A DNA stretch of 64,000 bases from an uncultured Gemmatimonadales bacterium. GTDB lineage: Bacteria; Gemmatimonadota; Gemmatimonadetes; Longimicrobiales; Gaopeijiaceae. The DNA lies in assembly GCA_963809895.1 (NCBI GenBank), contig CAWELD010000003.1, positions 1,728,001 to 1,792,000 on the forward strand, read 5' to 3'. The translations under genes were made by a program, and so were the position numbers. Of the stretch, positions 52,965 to 63,225 are shown in pieces; position 1 is the stretch's first letter, and each line of letters opens with the position of its first letter. The notes under the pieces were generated by a model. It had not been told where the DNA came from and did no database searches. It saw nothing but the letters and a program-made list of their open reading frames with translations.

Positions 52965-54698
52965 TCAGCCCCGCTCCTGCTTCTTGCGGCGGTGCACCTC
53001 GGCGTTCTCGATCCAGGGCTTCCGCTCGAAGTAGCTGCGCGTCATCTCCCTGACCTTGCCGGACAGGAGGAGGAGCGCGATCAGGTTCGGCACGATGACG
53101 ATGGCCAGTGCCACGTCACCCAACGACCAGATCACGGCCAGCGGAACCACCGCACCCACGAAGTGCATGGCCACGAAGACCATCTTGTAGGGCAGGATGG
53201 CTCCCTTGCCGAACAGGTAGTTGGCGCAGCGGTCGCCGTAGTAGCTCCACGAGATGGCCGTGGAAATGGCGAACAGGAGGACGGAGACGATGACGATCCA
53301 GTCTCCCCATTGTCCCGGGAGGCCGGCTTCGAAGCCCAGCATGGTCAGCGGCGCGCCACTCTCCACCGCCGGCCCGTAGAGGCTCTCGTACGTCGTCCCG
53401 TCCGTGCCTACGGCCTCGCCCCGGTTCGGATAGATCGTGCCCGTGAACGGGATCGTCTGGTCCGGATCCACGTAGAGCTGCTCGACCGCGACCTCGTGCC
53501 AGGCCAACAACGGCACGCCGACCTGGGACACGTCCTGGCGGCCGCCCTGGATCTGAAGCTGATCGGGAGCCGAGATCCCCCGGGAGTGTCCGCCCTCGGT
53601 GGTCTGCACCCAGGAAAGGTCGCCACCCAGGAGCTCGATCTCGGTGGGATGCTGATCGTCCCACACACCGGTCATGATGATCACCAGCGCCGTCATCGTG
53701 CAGATGACGATGGTGTCGATGAAGGGCTCCAGAAGCGCCACCACGCCCTCGGAGACCGGCTCGTCGGTCTTGGCTGCGGCGTGGGCGATAGGCGCTGATC
53801 CCTGCCCAGCCTCGTTGGAGAACAGACCTCGCCGCACACCCCACATGAGCGTCACCAGGAAGGCCCCGACCCCGGTGCCGGCGATCCCGGCAGAGGGCTG
53901 GAAGGCCTCGTGGAAGATGAGCATGAAGGTCGGAATGACGTCTCCGGCGTGGGCGAGGATGATGAAGAGGGCTCCGGAGACGTAGACCGCCGCCATCACG
54001 GGGGCCAGAATCGAGGTCACGCGCCCGATGCGGCTGATGCCGCCCAGGATCACCAGCGCCACCACCGCCGCCGTGACCAGGCCCGTGATCCAGGGCGTCA
54101 GGCCGAAGGTGGTCTGCATGGCGTCGGCCACGGTGTTGGCCTGCACCGCGTTGCCGGTGAGGAAGGCCGTGAAGCCCAGGAGGAGGGCGAAAAAGACCGC
54201 CATGGGCTTCCAGGCCGGTCCGAGCCCCCGCTCGATGTAATACATGGGCCCACCGGACACCGAGCCTTCCCAGCGGGTCGGGTCGTGATCCTCCGCCACG
54301 TCCCGGTAGCGCTGCGCCAGCGTCACCTCGGAGTACTTGGTCGCCATCCCCACGGCCGCGGTGACCCACATCCAGAAGAGCGCGCCCGGCCCGCCCCAGT
54401 GGATGGCGATGGCCACGCCGGCGATGTTGCCGATCCCCACCGTCGCCGACAGCGCCGTGGTGAGCGCCTGGAAGTGCGAGACGTCGCCCGGCTCGTCGGG
54501 GTCGTCGTACTTGCCGCTGGCCACCGCGAAGCCGTGACCGAGCCGGCGGATCTGTACGAATCCCGTGCGAATGGTGAGCAGCAGGCCCGTGCCGATGAGC
54601 AGCAGCACCATGAAGGGGATGTTCTCGTCCCCGACCGGGATGCCGATCTCCACGACATAGGTGTTGAGGAAATCGACGACTCTCTGGACGAATTCCAT
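52965..54698 (-). CDS. Alanine/glycine:cation symporter (AgcS/AlsT family)
   Basis: ATVGIGNIAGVA, GGPGALFWMW, GGPMYY, RRGLFSNEAGQGS, FIDTIVIC, PNLIAL. Confidence 0.95.
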   Translation of the reverse strand: MEFVQRVVDFLNTYVVEIGIPVGDENIPFMVLLLIGTGLLLTIRTGFVQIRRLGHGFAVASGKYDDPDEPGDVSHFQALTTALSATVGIGNIAGVAIAIHWGGPGALFWMWVTAAVGMATKYSEVTLAQRYRDVAEDHDPTRWEGSVSGGPMYYIERGLGPAWKPMAVFFALLLGFTAFLTGNAVQANTVADAMQTTFGLTPWITGLVTAAVVALVILGGISRIGRVTSILAPVMAAVYVSGALFIILAHAGDVIPTFMLIFHEAFQPSAGIAGTGVGAFLVTLMWGVRRGLFSNEAGQGSAPIAHAAAKTDEPVSEGVVALLEPFIDTIVICTMTALVIIMTGVWDDQHPTEIELLGGDLSWVQTTEGGHSRGISAPDQLQIQGGRQDVSQVGVPLLAWHEVAVEQLYVDPDQTIPFTGTIYPNRGEAVGTDGTTYESLYGPAVESGAPLTMLGFEAGLPGQWGDWIVIVSVLLFAISTAISWSYYGDRCANYLFGKGAILPYKMVFVAMHFVGAVVPLAVIWSLGDVALAIVIVPNLIALLLLSGKVREMTRSYFERKPWIENAEVHRRKKQERG

Positions 54699-54823
54699 GC
54701 GGCCGTTCCTTGGCAGGCTGGGTGGCGGTAGAGACGTGCCGCCGGTGGCGGGCAAAGACCCGCTAGAATGCCCCCGGCAGGGCGCCGGTGCAAGAAGGTG
54801 ACGCTGAAGTTCCCTTCAGAACG

Positions 54824-56017
54824 TCAGCCCGCGGGCTCCGGAAGGGGCTCGAGCAGGTGGGCCGACAGCGCCTCGAGAATGAGCTCCCGGGCGCGCTCCA
54901 CGACTTCGTCCAACGACGGCGTTTCGGGGAGCATCTCCCGGGCGCGCGCTTCCAGCTCTTCCAACGAAGGCAGGTGCGGCAGGGACAGGTCCTCGAGGCG
55001 CGACTCGGCCTCGGCGCGGGCCCTGCGAGCTGCGCTGCGCAGGTCGTCGAGCACGTGGCTTCGGGCCCAGCGAGCCTTCAACTCACTGGCGATGTTCTCC
55101 ACCGGAACCGTGGCCGCCACCTGGACGGCCACCTTCTCGAGCACCTTGCGCCCCAGGGGCTGTTCGCCCCGCACGACCTTTTCGGGCGGCGCGCGCAGGT
55201 CCCACACGAGACCCATCCAGGAGAGGCCCTTGAGGACGTAGTACGAGATGTCGATCTCGTACCAGCGCCAACCCTGCGCCGTGGCGCTCTGGTAGAAATG
55301 GTGATTGTTGTGCCACCCCTCACCCAGCGTGATGAGGGCCAGCCACCAGTTGTTGCGCGAGTCGTCACCGGTGACGTAGCGCTGCTTTCCCACGACGTGG
55401 GCCAGCGAGTTGATGAAGAAGACGCAGTGGTAGAGCACCACGGTGGACCAGAAGAAGCCCACGATGAGCATGGGCCATCCACCGAGCAGGAAGCAGCCCA
55501 CCCCCAGCAGGAAGGCCGGGAAGTAGGGGTGCTTGTCCAACCAGACCAACTCGGGGAACCGCGTCAGATCCGGCACGCTGGAGTAGTCCGCGCTGAACCT
55601 CTTCGGATTGAAGATCCAACCCACGTGGGAATGGAAGAAGCCCATGTGCCGGGGCGAATGCGTGTCATCTTCCGTGTCGGAGTGCAGGTGATGGTGGCGA
55701 TGGATGGCCGACCACCAGATCACGCCCCGCTGCGCCGAGGTCTGCCCGAGAAAGGCGAGGAAGAACTGGAAGGCCCGACTGGTCTTGTAGGACCGGTGCG
55801 AGAAATACCGGTGGTAGCCGGCGGTCACGGCCCACATGCGCACCAGATACAGGACGACGGCGACGATCACGGCGGACAGGGGGACGCCCGTCCAGATGGC
55901 ACCCAGGCAGGTCAGGTGAACCAGGACGAACGGAATCGCACTTGGATAGATGATGTCGTCGTGGGGCTCGGGCTCCACGTGAGCCGCGGAGCGGACTGCC
56001 GGATGGTCGGGATGCAC
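54824..56017 (-). CDS. Delta-9-type acyl-CoA/acyl-lipid fatty acid desaturase with C-terminal extension
   Basis: His boxes GYHRYFSH, HRHHH, GEGWHNNHH; INSLAH. Confidence 0.93.
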   Translation of the reverse strand: MHPDHPAVRSAAHVEPEPHDDIIYPSAIPFVLVHLTCLGAIWTGVPLSAVIVAVVLYLVRMWAVTAGYHRYFSHRSYKTSRAFQFFLAFLGQTSAQRGVIWWSAIHRHHHLHSDTEDDTHSPRHMGFFHSHVGWIFNPKRFSADYSSVPDLTRFPELVWLDKHPYFPAFLLGVGCFLLGGWPMLIVGFFWSTVVLYHCVFFINSLAHVVGKQRYVTGDDSRNNWWLALITLGEGWHNNHHFYQSATAQGWRWYEIDISYYVLKGLSWMGLVWDLRAPPEKVVRGEQPLGRKVLEKVAVQVAATVPVENIASELKARWARSHVLDDLRSAARRARAEAESRLEDLSLPHLPSLEELEARAREMLPETPSLDEVVERARELILEALSAHLLEPLPEPAG

Positions 56018-56128
56018 GGTGTCAACACCTCGCCCAGCGGGGGCGGCACAGGATGGTCTGGACGTGAGACACGTTGTGGACTCGGGGGGCCTGCGGTCAA
56101 CCGGAACGCTACGGCGGCCGGAATCGGC

Positions 56129-56392
56129 TCAGGCGGGAGCGGGCATGGCCTGGATGGCCTCGAGGATCTTCTCTTCGAGCGCCGCCTGGCCACCCGTGAT
56201 CTTGACGTCGTGGGTCCAGCCGGAGCGGAAGCTGCGGCGGAAGGGCACGTCCCGCGTCACGTTCTCGGTGATGACGTACAGCACCTTGGCCGGATAGTGC
56301 TTGAAGGCCACCGGGCGGCCGTGGTAGAAGAGGATCTCCACCGGGCCGAGATCGACGGCGCTGACGTGGTTGTCGAGGGAGTACAGGCGCAT
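56129..56392 (-). CDS. Small hypothetical protein (87 aa)
   Basis: ATG 56392, host-like codon usage, non-repetitive protein-like composition, fills the gap between the desaturase and sahR. Confidence 0.65.
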   Translation of the reverse strand: MRLYSLDNHVSAVDLGPVEILFYHGRPVAFKHYPAKVLYVITENVTRDVPFRRSFRSGWTHDVKITGGQAALEEKILEAIQAMPAPA

Positions 56393-56557
56393 GAGCTCGT
56401 TTCGTTGGTCTCGAAAAAGAAGGTGCTGCCGGGTCGAGGCAGAAGCAGCTAATCCACCCCGCAAGGCCGAAAAGGTTCACCCGGCGACGACCGCAGACCG
56501 GTGGGGGGCGTCGGGCGCCCGGCCGGGCCTTGACGTGCGAGGGATCATTGATCTTTT

Positions 56558-56575
56558 TATCCGTATAGATGAATA
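56558..56575 (+). promoter_or_regulatory. Candidate SahR operator overlapping the start codon
   Basis: Imperfect palindrome TATCCG-TATAGA-TGAATA in an AT-rich patch; TTGACG at 56530. Confidence 0.4.
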
Positions 56576-57522
56576 CATCCGCCGCAGTCCTCGATCGTCT
56601 GGGCACGCTGGGTGACATGACCCGGTGCCGGCTCCTCGCTCTCCTGGAGGGCGAGGAGTTCACGGTGTCGGAGCTCTGTCAGGTCCTGCAGCTTCCCCAG
56701 CCCACCGTGAGCCGCCATCTGAAGGTCCTGGCGGACGACGGGTGGGTGGTTGCGCGCGCGGAAGGCACGAGTCGCTGGTATCGGACTCGCGAGGCGTTGC
56801 CCGACGGCGCCGGCGCGCTCTGGCGACTGGTGCGCTCGGAGCTGGAAGACACCGAGACCGCGCGGTTGGATCGCGAACGGGCACGAAGCGTCCTCATGCG
56901 ACGCGAGGACCGGGCGCGGGCGTTCGTGTCCGCCTCGGCGGCGCGCTGGGACGAGCTGCGGGCCGAGCTGTATGGAGCCCGCGCCGACCTCGTGCCACTG
57001 CTCGGACTCCTGGAGCCGCACTGGACCGCCGCCGATCTGGGCACCGGCTCAGGCGCCCTGCCGGCGATGCTGGCTCCGTTCGTGGAGCGGGTGATCGGTG
57101 TGGACCGATCCCCCGAGATGCTGGAAGCGGCGGCCCGCAGGACCGGTCACCTGGACAACGTGACGCTTCGCCAGGGCGACCTGGAGGCGCTGCCGCTGGA
57201 GGACGCCAGCGTGGATCTCGCCTTCCTGTCGCTGGTGCTCCATTTCGTGCCGCGGCCCGGCCGCGTTCTGGCGGAGGCGCATCGCATCCTGCGCCCCGGC
57301 GGACGACTGGTGATCGTGGACCTGCGCGAGCACGGGCGCGCCGAATATCGCGAGGAGATGGGGCACCAGTGGCCCGGCTTCTCGCCCGAGCTCCTGGCGG
57401 GATGGCTGGAGGACGCGGGCCTCGATCCCGCGCCACACCAGATGCTGTCCCCCGACCCCGACGCCCGCGGCCCGGCGCTCTTCGTGCGCACCGCTCGCCG
57501 ACCGGCACCGACCGAAACCTGA
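56569..57522 (+). CDS. sahR: ArsR-family HTH / SAM-methyltransferase-fold fusion regulator (SahR-like)
   Basis: ArsR HTH ([16 protein letters not shown]) fused to DLGTGSG SAM-binding domain; directly upstream of ahcY. Confidence 0.85.
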   Translation: MNTSAAVLDRLGTLGDMTRCRLLALLEGEEFTVSELCQVLQLPQPTVSRHLKVLADDGWVVARAEGTSRWYRTREALPDGAGALWRLVRSELEDTETARLDRERARSVLMRREDRARAFVSASAARWDELRAELYGARADLVPLLGLLEPHWTAADLGTGSGALPAMLAPFVERVIGVDRSPEMLEAAARRTGHLDNVTLRQGDLEALPLEDASVDLAFLSLVLHFVPRPGRVLAEAHRILRPGGRLVIVDLREHGRAEYREEMGHQWPGFSPELLAGWLEDAGLDPAPHQMLSPDPDARGPALFVRTARRPAPTET

Positions 57523-57554
57523 ACCGACCCTCCCATTCCCGGAGACCACGCCCG

Positions 57555-59042
57555 ATGGATACCGCTGTCATGAAGGACACCCAGCCCGGAAGCGCCACCG
57601 ATCCCCGCCCTCCGTTCAAGGTCCGCGACCTGAGCCTGGCCGAGTGGGGGCGAAAGGAGATCCGTCTGGCCGAGCAGGAGATGCCGGGGCTGATGAGCGC
57701 CCGTGAGGAATACGGGGCCGAGCGCCCCCTCGAGGGCCTCAAGGTCATGGGGTCGCTCCACATGACGATCCAGACCGCCGTCCTCATCGAGACGCTCACC
57801 GAGCTGGGCGCCGACGTGCGCTGGGTGTCGTGCAACATCTTCTCCACCCAGGACCACGCAGCGGCGGCGGTGGCGGTGGGCCCCGACGGCACGCCGGACG
57901 ATCCCCGCGGGGTGGCGGTCTTCGCCTGGAAGGGCGAGACGCTGGAGGAGTACTGGTGGTGCACGGATCAGGCGCTCACCTGGCCCGACGGATCGGGACC
58001 CGATCTCATCGTCGACGACGGCGGTGACGCCACCCTGCTGCTCCACAAGGGCGTGGAGTTCGAGAAAGCCGGCGCGATCCCCGATTTCGATGCCGACAGC
58101 GAGCCCGAGGAGTGGGGCGTGATTCTCGAGCTGCTGCGTCGGGTGCGCCACGAGGACCCCGCCAAGTGGCAGCGACTGGTGCAGTCGATCCGGGGCGTGT
58201 CGGAAGAGACCACCACCGGCGTGCACCGGCTCTACGAGATGGAGCGCAACGGCACCCTGCTCTTCCCGGCCATCAACGTCAACGACTCGGTGACCAAGTC
58301 GAAGTTCGACAACATCTACGGGTGTCGGCACTCGGTCATCGACGGGCTCAACCGGGCCAGCGACGTGATGATCTCGGGCAAGCTGGCCGTGGTGTGCGGC
58401 TACGGGGAGGTGGGCAAGGGCTGCGCCCAGGCGCTCAAGGGTCAGGGCGCTCGAGTGGTGGTGACCGAGATCGACCCCATCTGCGCGCTTCAGGCGGCCA
58501 TGGAGGGCTTCCAGGTGAAACGCCTGGCCGACGTGCTGGGCGAAGCGGACATCTTCATCACCGCCACCGGCAACCGTGACGTCATCACGGCCGCGCACAT
58601 GTCGGCCATGAAGGACAAGGCCATCGTCGGGAACATCGGCCACTTCGACAACGAGATCGACATGGCCGGGCTCAAGAGGATCCCGGGCATCCGCCGGGAG
58701 AACATCAAACCCCAGTACGACGAATGGGTCTTCCCCGACGGGCACTCGGTGTTGATCCTGGCCGAGGGGCGTCTCCTCAATCTGGGATGCGCCACCGGCC
58801 ATCCGTCGTTCGTCATGAGCGCGAGCTTCACCAACCAGGTCATGGCTCAGGTGGAGCTGGCCCGCAACGCCGGTCAGTACGAGACCAAGGTCTACGTGCT
58901 GCCCAAGCGTCTCGACGAGAAGGTGGCGCGGCTCCATCTGGACAAGCTGGGCGCCCACCTGACCGAGCTCACGGATGAGCAGGCGGGGTACATCGGCGTG
59001 CCGAAGGACGGGCCCTACAAGCCCGAGCACTATCGCTACTGA
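57555..59042 (+). CDS. ahcY: Adenosylhomocysteinase
   Basis: [52 protein letters not shown]. Confidence 0.99.
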   Translation: MDTAVMKDTQPGSATDPRPPFKVRDLSLAEWGRKEIRLAEQEMPGLMSAREEYGAERPLEGLKVMGSLHMTIQTAVLIETLTELGADVRWVSCNIFSTQDHAAAAVAVGPDGTPDDPRGVAVFAWKGETLEEYWWCTDQALTWPDGSGPDLIVDDGGDATLLLHKGVEFEKAGAIPDFDADSEPEEWGVILELLRRVRHEDPAKWQRLVQSIRGVSEETTTGVHRLYEMERNGTLLFPAINVNDSVTKSKFDNIYGCRHSVIDGLNRASDVMISGKLAVVCGYGEVGKGCAQALKGQGARVVVTEIDPICALQAAMEGFQVKRLADVLGEADIFITATGNRDVITAAHMSAMKDKAIVGNIGHFDNEIDMAGLKRIPGIRRENIKPQYDEWVFPDGHSVLILAEGRLLNLGCATGHPSFVMSASFTNQVMAQVELARNAGQYETKVYVLPKRLDEKVARLHLDKLGAHLTELTDEQAGYIGVPKDGPYKPEHYRY

Positions 59043-60094
59043 CGGGATCCCCCCGGGGGCGGGCGCAACTCCGCCAATGCCTGGCGCAGCGCCTGCTCCC
59101 GGAACTCGTCGAAGGCCGCCTCGTCGATCCCCATGTCGCCGAAGAAGGCCCGGGAAGCGCTCAGGTCCGCACCCCTCACCACCTCGTCGTCCGAGCGCCC
59201 CCGGGCCAGGCCTTCGCGGACCGCCGACACCAGGTCGCGAAAGAAGTCCGCATCGCCCTCCAGCAGTCGCCCATCGCGCTGCACGCCCCCGTGCGCGGGG
59301 AGCACGACGGATGCGTGGAGGGCCTTCAAACGCTCCAGGGCATCGGCCCACCCGCTGATGTCGGCCCCTTCGAGCCAGGGTGTGCCCACCTCCACCAGGT
59401 CTCCGGCGGCCACGATTCCGAGATCCGGTAGCCACACCACGACATCGCCGCGCGTGTGGGCCGGCCCCAGATGGATGACCTCCACACGGCGCCCACCCAG
59501 CTCCAGCGTCACGCGATCCCGGAAGGTGACGTCGGGCAGCACCTGCCGCACCCGGCGCAGGTCCTCCAGGTAGCTCCTGCGCAGGCGCAGGCTGTAGGAC
59601 ACCGCCTCCCGGTCCTCGGCGGTGAGCGAGTCGCCGCCGGGTCCGGTACCGGAGGCGAGCCACCCCTCCCGTTCCCGGATGCTGGGCGGGATGATCTCGA
59701 GCTGCTCCCGGAGCTGATCGCGCCCCAGTGTGAGCAGGTCTTCGCGGGTCGTCTCGTGCGCGACGAAGTGGGCCCCGGGATAGGCCTCGGCCCAGGACTG
59801 GTTGCCGTAGACGTGGTCGGCGTGCCAGTGCGTGTTCACCACCCAGCGCACCGGCACGTCGGTCATGGCCCGCACGCGCCGCACCAGCACCGACGCGGCG
59901 GTGGGCGACTGCTGGGTATCGACCACCAGCGCCCCGTCGTCACCCACCACCACCAGCGAGTTCGCGAAGGCGTAGGCGTCGGGCCGGGACAGCACCAGCG
60001 CCGCGTATACGCCCGGGGCCAGCGTGTCGACGCGGAAGACCTCCAGGGAGTCGGACCGCGGCGTGAGCAGGACGGCGGCGACCAGCGCGAGCAT
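59036..60094 (-). CDS. MBL-fold metallo-hydrolase (cyclase-like, probably secreted)
   Basis: THWHADH, AHTRGD, AAGDLV, PAHG; hydrophobic N-terminus; start uncertain. Confidence 0.85.
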   Translation of the reverse strand: MLALVAAVLLTPRSDSLEVFRVDTLAPGVYAALVLSRPDAYAFANSLVVVGDDGALVVDTQQSPTAASVLVRRVRAMTDVPVRWVVNTHWHADHVYGNQSWAEAYPGAHFVAHETTREDLLTLGRDQLREQLEIIPPSIREREGWLASGTGPGGDSLTAEDREAVSYSLRLRRSYLEDLRRVRQVLPDVTFRDRVTLELGGRRVEVIHLGPAHTRGDVVVWLPDLGIVAAGDLVEVGTPWLEGADISGWADALERLKALHASVVLPAHGGVQRDGRLLEGDADFFRDLVSAVREGLARGRSDDEVVRGADLSASRAFFGDMGIDEAAFDEFREQALRQALAELRPPPGGSRQ

Positions 60095-60249
60095 GGCATC
60101 TCCCGGGATCGTGCGGTGCGAGCGTGGGCCGAAGCCCGTGACACGTTCATGTACGTGCCGGGGATCCTCCGGCTCCACGGCCCGGGACGAGCCGGCCTGC
60201 CGTAGGGCCGGCCGCGTTGCGCCGTGGCGGCCCGCGCCCGCCGTCGCGG

Positions 60250-61047
60250 TCAGAAGCTCGAGCGCAGCAGGTGATCCCGGTAGTGCCGGCTGACCCGGAG
60301 CTCCTCACCACCCTTCAGGATCGCGACGTAGTCTCCGGAGAACCACGGCTGTACCTCGTCCAGGTAGTCCACGTTGAGGGCCGTGGAGCGGTGGACGCGG
60401 ACGAAGCGTCGGGGGTCCAGGACCGCCAGCAGGTCCTTGAGGGTGTGGCGGATGCGGACCGTCTCGTCGCCGAGGTGGAGAAGGAGATGGTTGCCGTCGG
60501 TCTCCACGTAACGGAGATCGGCCACGTCCACGAAGCGGATGCGGTCGTCCTCGCGCACCTGGATGCGGGTGTGCCACCCGCCGGCCGGGGGTCCCGGCTC
60601 GCCGGCCCCGGAGGGGCGCCCGCCCCGGAGGAGGTCTTCCAGGCGATCGGCCAGTTGCCCGGCGTGCCGCTGGCGCCGGCGCTCGCGGATCCGCCCGACC
60701 GCTTCTTCCAGGCGCTGGTCGTCGAAGGGCTTCACCAGGTAGTCCAGGGCGTGCACCTCGAAGGCCCGCACCGCGTGGTCGTCGAAGGCGGTGACGAAGA
60801 CCACGTCGGGGCGTTCGTCCGGCTCCAGCGCGTCCAGGACGCCGAACCCGTCCAGCCCGGGCATGCGCACGTCCAGGAAAGCCACGTCCGGCGCACGCTC
60901 CCGGATCAGGCGCACCGCGGCGGGGCCATCGGCGGCTTCGCCCACCACGTCCACCCCGGCCATCTCCGAGAGCCCGGCGCGGAGGGCGTCCCGGGCCAGG
61001 GGCTCGTCGTCCACGATGACCGCCCGCAGGCGGGTCGGCGCCGTCAC
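60250..61047 (-). CDS. LytTR-family response regulator
   Basis: VDDEPLAR, FLDVRMP, DYLVKP, FVRVHRS, VSR. Confidence 0.94.
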   Translation of the reverse strand: MTAPTRLRAVIVDDEPLARDALRAGLSEMAGVDVVGEAADGPAAVRLIRERAPDVAFLDVRMPGLDGFGVLDALEPDERPDVVFVTAFDDHAVRAFEVHALDYLVKPFDDQRLEEAVGRIRERRRQRHAGQLADRLEDLLRGGRPSGAGEPGPPAGGWHTRIQVREDDRIRFVDVADLRYVETDGNHLLLHLGDETVRIRHTLKDLLAVLDPRRFVRVHRSTALNVDYLDEVQPWFSGDYVAILKGGEELRVSRHYRDHLLRSSF

Positions 61048-62222
61048 GAGGCGCGCCCCGAGGGAATCCAGACGGTGGCGCGGCATCCTCCGCCGGCGGG
61101 CGCGTCCAGATGAAAGCGCGCACCCTGTCCGTACTGCTCGGCCAGTCGCGCCCGCACGTTACCCAGGCCGGTGCCCTCGACATGGCCCGGCGCCGGACCC
61201 GGACCCGAGTCGCAGATCTGGATGCACACGCCACCGTCCTGCCGGCGGCTGCTGACGCTGAGCCGCACCGGACCCGGCTGAGCGGCGACGCCGTGACGGA
61301 CGGCGTTCTCCACCAGCGGTTGCAGGAGGAGCGGCGGCACCCGGATCTCCAGCGTGTCGGGTGCGGCGTCGACCTCCACCAGCAGCCGGTCACCCAGGCG
61401 GATCTTCTCGATGTCCAGGTAGCGGCCTACGAGCTCGAGCTCCCGGCCCAACGACACCGGCCCGGAACGCCCGTAGCGCAAGGTGATCCGGAACAGCTCT
61501 CCGAGCCTGGCGAGCATCTCCGTGGCGCGCCGTCGGTCGCCGCCCCGCACCAGCCCCGACACGGCGTTCAGGGCGTTGAAGAGGAAGTGGGGATCCAGCT
61601 CCATGCGCAGGGCACGCAAGCGCGCGTCGGCCGCCGAAGCCTCGGAGCGGGCGGCGCGGGCCAGCGCCTCCGCCTCGCGCACCCGTCCTTCCAGGAGACG
61701 GCGATGGTAGAGGAGCGCGTAGTAGGTGCCGACGATCATCCAGTAGACGAAGATCTCCAGCACCAGGTAGCCCTCCGCCAGCGCCCGGAACTGGCCCTCG
61801 AAGGAGGGATCGGTCAACTCGCCCGCGCGCCCCAGCGTGGCTACCGCGATGAAGGCGATGGTGGCCGAATGCAGGAGCGCGGCGACGATGGAAGCCGCGA
61901 CGTGCAGGGCGATGGACCGCGCCCGCCGGGGTCCCTCCAGGGGCGCGGCCCGGGCCAGCGCGACCACCACCGGCGTGGCCAGCGCCCAGTAGAGCCAGAA
62001 CGGCACGTTGATGAGCGCCACCGAGTCCAGCGTGCGGGGGGACCCGCGCATCCGCCAGCTGGCCCATTCCTTGGCGGTCTCGAGCAGGGCCAGGGTGAGC
62101 CAGAAGCCCAGGACCAGCAGGCGCGTGCGTAGACGCTCCAGACCCTCCGGGGGCACCACCAGGGGTCGGGTCCACCGCTCCAGGAGCGCGGCGGACGATC
62201 GGGACGAGGCAGGACGCGCCAT
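61044..62222 (-). CDS. LytS/YehU-type sensor histidine kinase
   Basis: About four TM segments, LDPHFLFNALN, LQPLVENAVRHG, GTGLGNVRARL. Confidence 0.93.
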   Translation of the reverse strand: MARPASSRSSAALLERWTRPLVVPPEGLERLRTRLLVLGFWLTLALLETAKEWASWRMRGSPRTLDSVALINVPFWLYWALATPVVVALARAAPLEGPRRARSIALHVAASIVAALLHSATIAFIAVATLGRAGELTDPSFEGQFRALAEGYLVLEIFVYWMIVGTYYALLYHRRLLEGRVREAEALARAARSEASAADARLRALRMELDPHFLFNALNAVSGLVRGGDRRRATEMLARLGELFRITLRYGRSGPVSLGRELELVGRYLDIEKIRLGDRLLVEVDAAPDTLEIRVPPLLLQPLVENAVRHGVAAQPGPVRLSVSSRRQDGGVCIQICDSGPGPAPGHVEGTGLGNVRARLAEQYGQGARFHLDAPAGGGCRATVWIPSGRAS

Positions 62223-62412
62223 GCCACCATGGTAGGCGCTGGGCGCGGGTGCGGTCCACCCGGTCGTGCGGCTCCACGGGCCGGCGCCGTCCAGCGCCCC
62301 TCACCTCACGGCAGCGCGACTCACCCCAGGGGCCGCCGGTCCGCGCCGGCGCCGTCGTAAGAAGAGGGTGAAGGCTCCATCCTGGCCGCCACCTGCATCC
62401 CCGAGACGTTTC

Positions 62413-63180
62413 ATGATGCGCCATCACCGTTGCCTGCCTCGCGGCAGCCTGCTCCTGCTCGCGGCCTTCACCCCGGCCTGCAACCACGCCACCGGACCCG
62501 CGCTGCCCGAGGCCGACGTGCGCATCCTGTTCGTCGGGAATTCGCTCACGTACGTCAACGACATGCCCGCCATGGTGGCCACGGTGGCCGACGTGGCGGG
62601 CCTGGACGTGGCCGTGGAGACCATCGCCCGACCGGACTTCAGCCTCGAGGACCACTGGCGCGCCGGCATCGCCGCCGACATCCGGGCGCTGAGCCCCGAC
62701 ATCCTGGTGATGCAGCAGGGCCCCTCGTCGCTTCCGGAGAACCAGCTCCACTTGCGTCAGTGGAGCGATTCCCTGGCCCGGGTCGCGCGCGAGGTGGGCG
62801 CCGAGCCGGCGCTGCTCATGGTGTGGCCCTCCAGCGACCGGGAGTTCGCCTTCGACGACGTGCGCGAGAGCTATCGGGCTGCCGCCGAGCACGTGGGCGG
62901 GGTTTTCATTCCCGCCGGTGAAGCGTGGCGGGCGGTGTGGGCGCGGGAGCCGCAGCTCATCCTGTGGGGACCGGACGGCTTCCATCCGGCGCCGCTGGGC
63001 TCGGTGGTGACGGCGCTCACCGTGGCCCGCACGCTACTGGAGGTTCCGCTGTCGTCGCTTCCGGGCAACCTGGAGCCCTCCGACCCGGACCTGCCACCGC
63101 TGCTCATGGGCACCACCCTGGCCACCCTGGTCTACGCCGCCGTCGAGGAGACGGTGTCGACCTGGGGAGTGCGCCAGTAG
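62413..63180 (+). CDS. SGNH/GDSL-like hydrolase lipoprotein
   Basis: Signal with FTPAC, block I FVGNSLT, block V DGFHP. Confidence 0.78.
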   Translation: MMRHHRCLPRGSLLLLAAFTPACNHATGPALPEADVRILFVGNSLTYVNDMPAMVATVADVAGLDVAVETIARPDFSLEDHWRAGIAADIRALSPDILVMQQGPSSLPENQLHLRQWSDSLARVAREVGAEPALLMVWPSSDREFAFDDVRESYRAAAEHVGGVFIPAGEAWRAVWAREPQLILWGPDGFHPAPLGSVVTALTVARTLLEVPLSSLPGNLEPSDPDLPPLLMGTTLATLVYAAVEETVSTWGVRQ

Positions 63181-63225
63181 CCGCGGCCAGAGCCACGGGC
63201 CAGGGGCCGACTGCCAGGGGGCGCC

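Noticed and set aside
54699..54823. Glycine riboswitch before the alanine/glycine symporter (also checked before gcvT)
   Set aside because: The gaps are short and I could not find the conserved GGAGA...CCGAAG...CTCTCAGG aptamer elements.
57523..57554. SAH or SAM riboswitch before ahcY
   Set aside because: The intergenic gap is only about 32 nt, and regulation is better explained by the upstream SahR.
56625..57554. Apparent 805-aa fusion ORF ending in ahcY
   Set aside because: The upstream part is an out-of-frame read of sahR; ahcY starts at 57555 with a GGAGA RBS.
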